A stretch of 64,000 nt of DNA from an uncultured Anaerolineaceae bacterium (GTDB taxonomy: Bacteria; Chloroflexota; Anaerolineae; Anaerolineales; DRMV01): contig CAYUOX010000062.1 of NCBI GenBank assembly GCA_964446575.1, forward strand, positions 19,871-83,870, read 5' to 3'. Below, in pieces: positions 18,111 through 24,870 of the stretch. How positions within the stretch are numbered: the first letter of the stretch is position 1; each line of letters begins with the position of its first letter. Below the pieces are notes generated by a model. That model did not search any database. It worked only from the letters and a program-made list of their open reading frames with translations, and was not told where the DNA came from. A program made the position numbers and the translations under genes.

Positions 18111-18652
18111 ACGAACGACCCCTCCACTTCGGTGACCTCTTGCGCGCCTGCGGCCTGCAGGGCCTTGCGGGCCTCTTCGGCCAAGGTGCGCGAGGTTTGG
18201 AAGAACACCGCGATGGCGCTATCGCTGACCGCGGGGTGATACACCCGCTTGCCCACCACCGGCGGCAGCAGCGACTCGACCAAGACGCCGATGAAGGACG
18301 AGACCAGCAGGCCCAGCATGGTCAGTTCGAAGAGCAACACCAGGCTGGGCGGCACCGAATACAGGGGAAAGCCGCCCACATACAAGGGGTACAGCGCGGC
18401 TGTGCCATGGGTGAAAAACAGCCCCGACAGAAAGCCCAAGAACGCGCCTGCCAAGGCATATTTCGGCACCGCGGTCAACACCCGGGGCCGCCCTAAGATG
18501 CTGCTGGCATAAGGCACGCCGCTCTGAACCTGGATGAACTCATCGTCCACACCCACCTGGCGCAGGGCGTCCAACGCTGCCGGGACCTGCTCCACATCGT
18601 CGAAAACGGCCACGAACATCTGGGGCTCATAGCGCCCTTGATATCGCTCCAT
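18107..18652 (-). CDS. actD: Alternative Complex III subunit ActD (DUF3341-like)
   Basis: ORF 18107..18652, ATG after AAGGAGGG. Soluble N-domain (FVAVFDDVEQVPAALDALRQVG) plus two TM helices. Position between the NrfD-like and monohaem genes fits ActD. Confidence 0.75.
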   Translation of the reverse strand: MERYQGRYEPQMFVAVFDDVEQVPAALDALRQVGVDDEFIQVQSGVPYASSILGRPRVLTAVPKYALAGAFLGFLSGLFFTHGTAALYPLYVGGFPLYSVPPSLVLLFELTMLGLLVSSFIGVLVESLLPPVVGKRVYHPAVSDSAIAVFFQTSRTLAEEARKALQAAGAQEVTEVEGSFV

Positions 18653-18662
18653 GACGCCCTCC

Positions 18663-20108
18663 TTAGTCCAGAGACTCCAGGTCGCTCACCGCAGGCAGGA
18701 TGGCTTTGCCCACCCGCCGCCAGGTGTGCGAGTGCTGGCCCTCTTCCACTTCCCACACCGGGATCAACGGCAAGAACCGCGCCGCCAGGGTGTACAGGAA
18801 GAGGAACAGCATGAACGTGCCAAACACGATGGAGATTTCCACCAGTTGCGGTTCATACCAGCCCCAATCGAAGGGGAAGCGGTTGCGGCTCAGCGCGCCC
18901 GTCACAATGACATAGCGCTCCGCGAACATGCCGATGTTGACCACGATGCCCATGAGGAACATGAGCCACGGCGTGCGCCGGAACTTGCGGTTCCACAGCA
19001 ACAAGCCGGGGATGAACACGTTGCAGGTCACCATGGTCCACCACACGGGCGCGATGTCGCCGAACATGTAGAACTTGAGGATCTCCTTGACCGTGTGCTC
19101 GCCGCCGTACCATTCCAAGATGAACTCGTTGAAGAAGAAGTAGGCCCAACTCAGCGAGATGATCAGCAGCAGTTTGCCCAGCGCGTCGAAGTGCTCGGGC
19201 CGAATGAAGTAGCGCATGTTCTTGGTGGTGGCCCGCACGGTGAACAGCACCACATTCACGGCCGCAATGCCCGACAGCAGCGCGCCGATGATGAAGTAGG
19301 GCCCGAAGATGGTCGAGTGCCAACCCAACTTCATGGCCACCGCGAAGTCCCATGACACGATGGTGTGCACCGAGAACATCACCGGAATGATGGCCCACGC
19401 GAAGATCTGGATGGCCTTCTGCAGGTTCTTCCACTCTTGCTCGGTGCCCCGCCAGCCCAGGGCCAAGATGCCATACACCTTCTTGCGCCAGCCGGTGCTG
19501 CGGTCGCGGGCCATGGCCAAATCGGGAATCAACGGCATATAGAGATACAGGGTGCTGCCGATCAGGTAGGTGTTGATGGCGAAGAAGTCCCACAACAAGG
19601 GGGACCGCCAGTTGGGCCACAGCCAACGCTGATTCGGATAAGGCATCATCCAATAAAAGCGCCAAGTGCGGCCCAGGTGAATGAGGGGATACAGCCCCGC
19701 GGCGGCCAAGCCAAAAGTGGTCATCAACTCAGCCGCGCGAGTGAAGGGCCGCCGGAACTCGGCCTTGAACACCCGCAAAATGGCGGACACGAACGTGCCT
19801 GCGTGGCTGATGCCGATCCAAAACACGAATGCGACGATGAACAGCCCCCAGAAAATGGGCCGTCGAATGCCCGCCAGGCCCAGGCCTTTGAGCATCATAT
19901 AGCCCCAAGCGCCGAACAAGGTGACCGCGGTCAGCAACCCCAGCACGGTGACCGCGATTTTCCAGTCCCGGCTGGTGTCCTCCACGGCCTCCATGACCAT
20001 GTCGTTCATTTCGGCCCGGGACTTGTGGTCCAGCAGGAGATGTTCGCGTTTCATCTCCTCAATGCGGCGGGCTTCTTCTTCGTTGCGGGGGTGGAACTCA
20101 GAACTCAT
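18663..20108 (-). CDS. actC: Alternative Complex III subunit ActC (NrfD/PsrC-like quinol-interacting membrane subunit)
   Basis: ORF 18663..20108, 481 aa with about 10 TM helices. Contains FWGLFIVAFVFWIGISHAGTFVSAILRVF. The start overlaps the actB2 stop by 11 nt. Confidence 0.85.
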   Translation of the reverse strand: MSSEFHPRNEEEARRIEEMKREHLLLDHKSRAEMNDMVMEAVEDTSRDWKIAVTVLGLLTAVTLFGAWGYMMLKGLGLAGIRRPIFWGLFIVAFVFWIGISHAGTFVSAILRVFKAEFRRPFTRAAELMTTFGLAAAGLYPLIHLGRTWRFYWMMPYPNQRWLWPNWRSPLLWDFFAINTYLIGSTLYLYMPLIPDLAMARDRSTGWRKKVYGILALGWRGTEQEWKNLQKAIQIFAWAIIPVMFSVHTIVSWDFAVAMKLGWHSTIFGPYFIIGALLSGIAAVNVVLFTVRATTKNMRYFIRPEHFDALGKLLLIISLSWAYFFFNEFILEWYGGEHTVKEILKFYMFGDIAPVWWTMVTCNVFIPGLLLWNRKFRRTPWLMFLMGIVVNIGMFAERYVIVTGALSRNRFPFDWGWYEPQLVEISIVFGTFMLFLFLYTLAARFLPLIPVWEVEEGQHSHTWRRVGKAILPAVSDLESLD

Positions 20109-20817
20109 GGCGCCCTCCTGCCAGGTAGATCACCTTGGGCTCGGTGCCCAAGGCCTCTTCCAACTTGAAGGCCCGCTCGCTGGCGGCCAATTGGCGCACC
20201 CGGCTATTGGGGTCCCGCCAATTGCCGAAGACGATGGCCTCGGTGGGGCACGCTTGTGCGCACGCGGGCTGTACTTCGCCGTCGTACACTTCGCGGCCCT
20301 CGGCCTTGGCATCTTCCTCGGCCCGGCGGATGCGCTGGATGCAGAATGTGCACTTTTCCATGATGCCCCGGCGCCGCACCGTCACGTCGGGGTTGAGTTG
20401 GAAGTTGAGCGGCTCGGGCCACTCGTAATCGAACCAGTTGAAGGTGCGGGCGATATAAGGGCAGTTGTTGGCGCAGTAGCGGGTGCCGATGCAGCGGTTG
20501 TACACCTGGAGGTTGATCTCCTCGGCCTCGCTATGCAGCGTGGCATACACCGGGCACACGGGCTCGCAAGGCGCGTTGCTGCACTGTTGGCACATGGTCG
20601 GGATGTAGCGCACCCGCAGGTCGTCGCCTTCGCCTTCCCAATAGCGCTGCAGGCGCAGCCAGTGCATGCCCCGACCGTAGGCGTTCTCTTCTTCGCCCAC
20701 GAAGGCCACATTGTTCTCCATGGCGCACGCGGTCACGCACGCGCCGCAACCGTTACAACGGTCCAGGTCAATGACCATGACCCATTTGGTGTGTTCGTGT
20801 CCGTTACCACCAGCCAT
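20098..20817 (-). CDS. actB: Alternative Complex III iron-sulfur subunit (ActB2, 4Fe-4S ferredoxin-type)
   Basis: ORF 20098..20817. Cys clusters CNGCGACVTAC, CQQCSNAPCEPVC, CIGTRYCANNCP and CTFCIQR ... CAQACP are typical of CISM beta subunits. Confidence 0.85.
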   Translation of the reverse strand: MAGGNGHEHTKWVMVIDLDRCNGCGACVTACAMENNVAFVGEEENAYGRGMHWLRLQRYWEGEGDDLRVRYIPTMCQQCSNAPCEPVCPVYATLHSEAEEINLQVYNRCIGTRYCANNCPYIARTFNWFDYEWPEPLNFQLNPDVTVRRRGIMEKCTFCIQRIRRAEEDAKAEGREVYDGEVQPACAQACPTEAIVFGNWRDPNSRVRQLAASERAFKLEEALGTEPKVIYLAGGRHEF

Positions 20818-20830
20818 AACGCGCCTCTCC

Positions 20831-23011
20831 TTACTGGGCTACCCCATCGCCGTACACGCCGACCAAATGCTCTTTGCGGGCCAGGGGCCGTCGGCGGCCG
20901 GTCTTGCGCAACGAGACTCGCACACTGCCCCAAGCCAAATCGCCCGCGGCATTGGTCTGCGCACCCAGCAACTTGGCCGGATTCGCGCCCCGCCCTTCGG
21001 CCCAGCGGCCCAGGGCTTCGTGCCCTTGGCCAAAGGCCAGCGCCACCGTGTCGGGCCGAATGCCAGGGTACACATAGACCGCGGCGTACACCCGGCCGTA
21101 CGGCGAGCGGATTTCCACGATATCGTCGTGTCGCAGCCCCAGTTCGTGGGCCGTTTCAGGGTTGACTTCCACCCACGAGTTCCACATGACCGTGGTCATG
21201 GGCTCGGGGGTTTCTTGCAGCCAAGGCCGATTCGCGCCCGCGCCATCGCCCAAGATGGGATGCGGGTACACCACCAAGTGGAACTCGCCCTCACCAAAGC
21301 GCGGGGCGGGCACCTCCAGCGGCTGTTGCAAGAACGCGGTGGCGTCGAAAGGCTCCATGGCCGCGGGCTCTTGGGTCCACCAGCCACCGTGTTGCAAGAA
21401 ACGGCCCCAGAAGGCCTTGGGGGTGGCTTCCGCGTAGATGCCGCCCTCGGCCTGCATGAGTTGCGCCACGGCCTGTTGGACGAACTCGACTTCGTCTTTG
21501 TAAGGAACGGCTTCGGCCACCGCGCCGCCCATCGCCTGCACCGCGGCCAACAGCACGTCCGCGGTGGCTTTGGTGTCATAAAGCGGCACCACCACAGGCT
21601 GGGATGCCGTCACGGCCAGCCGGTCCGCGCCCACGCGCACCTTTTGGTAGCCCCACGACTCCAACGGGGTGTGGTCGGGGAAGATGTAGTCGGCTTGGGC
21701 CGCGGTTTCGTCGTAGAAGGGCGAGAAGGAAATGACCGTTTCGACTTGGGCCATGGCCTCGGCGAAGCCCAGCCCTGCAGGCAGTTCGAAGACCGGGTTG
21801 ACGCCGTGGATCAGCAACGCCTTGACCTCACCGGCCTTCATGCGGCGCACCAAGTCGGCCATGTCGCTCAGGCTGGCCGCGTCGCGGTCCTCGTAGATAG
21901 GTGCCGCGGGCAGCACCTGCACGCCACCGGGCTGGCCGAAGTTGCCAGCCCACGCGTTGAGGGCCAAGATGGCCTGCGCGGTCTCCAAGCCGTTGGTGTG
22001 CGCCAAGGCCGCGCCACCGGGGATGGCCAAGGGGCGCTCCGCGGTGGCGAAGTAATGCGCGATCTTCTCCAGCAGGGCCATTTCAATGCCGGCTTCTTCC
22101 GCGATGGCTGCCGCGTCCACATCAAACACGGGCGGGACTTCGCCATCGCGCATCTCCGCGGCCAAGCGCCCAATGGCCAAGGCAACCTGCCCCTCGGTGC
22201 CGGGTTTGAGGGCCACCCATTTGTCCGCGCTGGCCGCGGTCATCGACATGCGCGGCTCCAATTGCACGAACAGGCCCCGCACCCCAGGCCGGCCTCGCCG
22301 CATGTGGCCGTAGGCCCGGCTGAAGGCCACGGGCGACAACCAAGTTTCCATGAAGTTCGCGCCGAACGAGACCACGAAAGTGGCCTCCGCGATGTCGAAG
22401 TGCGGCAGGGCCTCTTGCCCCACCACGGCTTTCATGGCCTGCCGCAGGGTCTGACGGGCTTCGAACAGGGCCAGCCCGCCAAAGCGGATGGGCTTGGGCG
22501 CGCCCACGGCAGCCGCGATTTCCGCGACCAAATCGGCCAGATGGTCGGGCACCAACCCCAAGAGGAATTGCACTCCGGGGCCGGCCTGTAAGGCCTGGGC
22601 GACCACTTGCACCGCGTCGTCCCAAAGGAGTTCGCGCCACTCGCCGCTCCCGCGGCCTTGGGCTGCGCGCGGGCCACGCAAACGGTCGGGGTCGTAAAGC
22701 CCTTGCAAACTGGCCTGACCGCGCGCGCAGGTGCGGCCACGATTGACCGGATGCTGCGGATTGCCTTCCACCTTGATGGCGCGCCCCTCGACGGTGCGCA
22801 CCAAGATGCCGCACCCGGCAGGGCACTCGCGGCACAGGGTCGCAAAGTACACACTCTCGCCCGGCAATTGATACTCGGGCATGTCGGTGTAGGGTTTGCG
22901 GCGCACATAGCGGGACATGGGCCCACAGCCCGAGAGCACCGCCGCGACCGCGCCACCTACACCGGCCAGTTTGAGCACATCACGGCGTGTGAGTTTCTTT
23001 TCCTGGCTCAT
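20831..23011 (-). CDS. actB: Alternative Complex III molybdopterin-oxidoreductase-like subunit (ActB1) with TAT signal
   Basis: Track ORF 20831..23044; ATG at 23011 follows GAGGAG. Twin-arginine signal KLTRRDVLKLAGVGG and N-terminal Cys motif CRECPAGCG...C ARGQ. It is encoded separately from the FeS subunit. Confidence 0.85.
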   Translation of the reverse strand: MSQEKKLTRRDVLKLAGVGGAVAAVLSGCGPMSRYVRRKPYTDMPEYQLPGESVYFATLCRECPAGCGILVRTVEGRAIKVEGNPQHPVNRGRTCARGQASLQGLYDPDRLRGPRAAQGRGSGEWRELLWDDAVQVVAQALQAGPGVQFLLGLVPDHLADLVAEIAAAVGAPKPIRFGGLALFEARQTLRQAMKAVVGQEALPHFDIAEATFVVSFGANFMETWLSPVAFSRAYGHMRRGRPGVRGLFVQLEPRMSMTAASADKWVALKPGTEGQVALAIGRLAAEMRDGEVPPVFDVDAAAIAEEAGIEMALLEKIAHYFATAERPLAIPGGAALAHTNGLETAQAILALNAWAGNFGQPGGVQVLPAAPIYEDRDAASLSDMADLVRRMKAGEVKALLIHGVNPVFELPAGLGFAEAMAQVETVISFSPFYDETAAQADYIFPDHTPLESWGYQKVRVGADRLAVTASQPVVVPLYDTKATADVLLAAVQAMGGAVAEAVPYKDEVEFVQQAVAQLMQAEGGIYAEATPKAFWGRFLQHGGWWTQEPAAMEPFDATAFLQQPLEVPAPRFGEGEFHLVVYPHPILGDGAGANRPWLQETPEPMTTVMWNSWVEVNPETAHELGLRHDDIVEIRSPYGRVYAAVYVYPGIRPDTVALAFGQGHEALGRWAEGRGANPAKLLGAQTNAAGDLAWGSVRVSLRKTGRRRPLARKEHLVGVYGDGVAQ

Positions 23012-23079
23012 CCGTGCTTGTCTCCTCGCCTGGGGATGCAACAAAAAACCGCGTCGTTGGGGCCAGGCCCCAGGCGCGG

Positions 23080-23715
23080 TTACTTATGACAAGTTGCGCA
23101 GTCGGACAATTTGACGAAATGTTCCTCGTCGACCGAATTTTTGTGGCAACTCAGGCACCAGCCCATGTTTTGGTTTTTGATGGGCTCGGCTACGGTCATT
23201 TGCCCCACTTCGCCGTGGCAGGTTTCGCACGCGATGCCCGCGTTCACATGGGGCCGATGGCTGAAATAGACGAAGTCGGGCTGCATAGCCACCGGCACCC
23301 AAGGGATGGGCTCGTCTTGCATGGCATAGGGCCGCAACAAGCCCCGGCCTTCCGGCGGACCGCCTTGGCCCTCAGGGCCCTGGCTGGGTTTCCCTTGGCC
23401 TTGGCCCTTGCGGGCCGCGAACTCGTGCAAGCGCTTCTCCGCCGCGGTCTTGGGCTGGATGCTGTTGTGGCAGGCCATGCACTTGGTCAGCGACGGTAGG
23501 CCCGCGCTCACGCCCCGTTGCGCGTTGGAGTGGCAATACAAGCACGACATCCCCAAGTCTTGCACATGGCGCTGGTGGTTGAACTCCAACGGCTGAGCCG
23601 GGGGCTGCTGGCTCTGATAGAGCAGCACCGCGCCCCACAGCACCAGCGCGGCCAGCACCACACCCGCCACCCGCAACGCCACGCTCAGCAAACCACTGCG
23701 TTTGGCTTCGGTCAT
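23080..23715 (-). CDS. actA: Alternative Complex III pentahaem cytochrome c subunit ActA
   Basis: ORF 23080..23715, ATG after GAGGAG. N-terminal TM helix and five CXXCH motifs (CLYCH, CMACH, CETCH, CLSCH, CATCH). Confidence 0.85.
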   Translation of the reverse strand: MTEAKRSGLLSVALRVAGVVLAALVLWGAVLLYQSQQPPAQPLEFNHQRHVQDLGMSCLYCHSNAQRGVSAGLPSLTKCMACHNSIQPKTAAEKRLHEFAARKGQGQGKPSQGPEGQGGPPEGRGLLRPYAMQDEPIPWVPVAMQPDFVYFSHRPHVNAGIACETCHGEVGQMTVAEPIKNQNMGWCLSCHKNSVDEEHFVKLSDCATCHK

Positions 23716-23817
23716 ACCGCGCTCCTCGGTGATGGATGAAATCGAACGGCCGACACGGCTCCCAAGGCGTCCCGATGATTGGGCCCCTCGGCTGGGTCGG
23801 GCTCGGGAAACAGGGCT

Positions 23818-23847
23818 ATTATAACCGATGCGCCCATAATCGGTGAA
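23818..23847 (-). promoter_or_regulatory. candidate promoter of the ACIII cluster (TTCACC-18 nt-TATAAT)
   Basis: On the minus strand, TTCACC is at 23847..23842 and TATAAT at 23823..23818, about 100 nt upstream of the actA ATG (23715). Confidence 0.5.
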
Positions 23848-23870
23848 GATTTTCCCTGACGGCCCTCATG

Positions 23871-24746
23871 TCAAGGCGCAGGCGTGGCCGTGTCTGCAGC
23901 ATCCGCCTCGCCTTCGGCAGCGTCTAATTCGACACCTTTGCCGCTGCGCAGCCGCTCCAACAAGGCTTCGGCCTGCAACTGCGCATTGTGGGTGATGGGG
24001 AAGGTCAGATATTGTTCCAAATCCGCGATGGCCTCGTCGATCTTCCCCAAATTGGCATAGGCGATGGCCCGGTTGAAGTAGACCGCGGCCATGTCAGGGT
24101 TCAACGCTACCACCTTATTGAACGCTTCTAACGCGTCTTCGTCGCGCCCTTGCTTCAAATACAGGCTGCCCAAGTTGAACCACGCGGCCTCTGACTCGGG
24201 GTCCAGTTCCAAAGCCTTTTGGAAGTCTTGCTCGGCCAAATCGTAGATGTCCATTTGGAAATAGGCCAAGCCTCGGTTGATGAACACACTGGCCTCATCG
24301 GCCAGGCCGAATTGTAAGGCTTTGTTGAAATCTTCAACAGCCGAGACCGGCCGGCCCAAACTCAGCAGGACATTGCCACGGGCGGCGAAGGCCTCAGGGA
24401 AATGAGGGTTCTGCTCGAGGGCCTTGTTCAGGTCTTCCAACGCGGCCTCGTTTTCGCCCAACTCCAATTGCAGCAAGGCCCGATAGTAATAGGCTTGCGG
24501 GGCCGCGTCGGGGGCGGCCGCGATGGCAATGTCCAGGGCTTCCAGCGCGCCTTGCACATCACCGGCCGCGCTGCGCTCCAAAGCCAAATTGACGAAATCG
24601 TTGACCACCTCGGCCCGGCTGGCGGGCGGTGGCGTAGCCGCAGCCGCGGTCTGCTGTTGCCACAACACATACCCGCTGCCGACCAACAACATCGCGGCCA
24701 CCGCGGCCAACCAGGTCGAGGGACGGCGCCACCAAACTCGCTTCAT
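23871..24746 (-). CDS. membrane-anchored tetratricopeptide (TPR) repeat protein
   Basis: Track ORF 23871..24776; ATG at 24746 follows AGGTGG. One N-terminal TM helix, then repeated A..Y..RG/A..LG....A..DF..AL..P units (about 7 TPR-like repeats). Confidence 0.75.
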   Translation of the reverse strand: MKRVWWRRPSTWLAAVAAMLLVGSGYVLWQQQTAAAATPPPASRAEVVNDFVNLALERSAAGDVQGALEALDIAIAAAPDAAPQAYYYRALLQLELGENEAALEDLNKALEQNPHFPEAFAARGNVLLSLGRPVSAVEDFNKALQFGLADEASVFINRGLAYFQMDIYDLAEQDFQKALELDPESEAAWFNLGSLYLKQGRDEDALEAFNKVVALNPDMAAVYFNRAIAYANLGKIDEAIADLEQYLTFPITHNAQLQAEALLERLRSGKGVELDAAEGEADAADTATPAP

Positions 24747-24804
24747 GGGCAAACCACCTGCTGTGAAAGTTGTCACGAATTGTACCCCGTTTCGTCAAGG
24801 GCGC

Positions 24805-24840
24805 AAAATGCGGGGAGGACCAGGGATCGGTCCTCCCCGC
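24805..24840 (-). terminator. intrinsic terminator after the 12-haem cytochrome gene
   Basis: Perfect 12-bp stem GCGGGGAGGACC / GGTCCTCCCCGC (24810..24821 / 24829..24840) with a 7-nt loop, followed on the minus strand by ATTTTG. Confidence 0.6.
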
Positions 24841-24870
24841 ATGAGAGGGTGCGGCTCTACCTCGGGGGTG

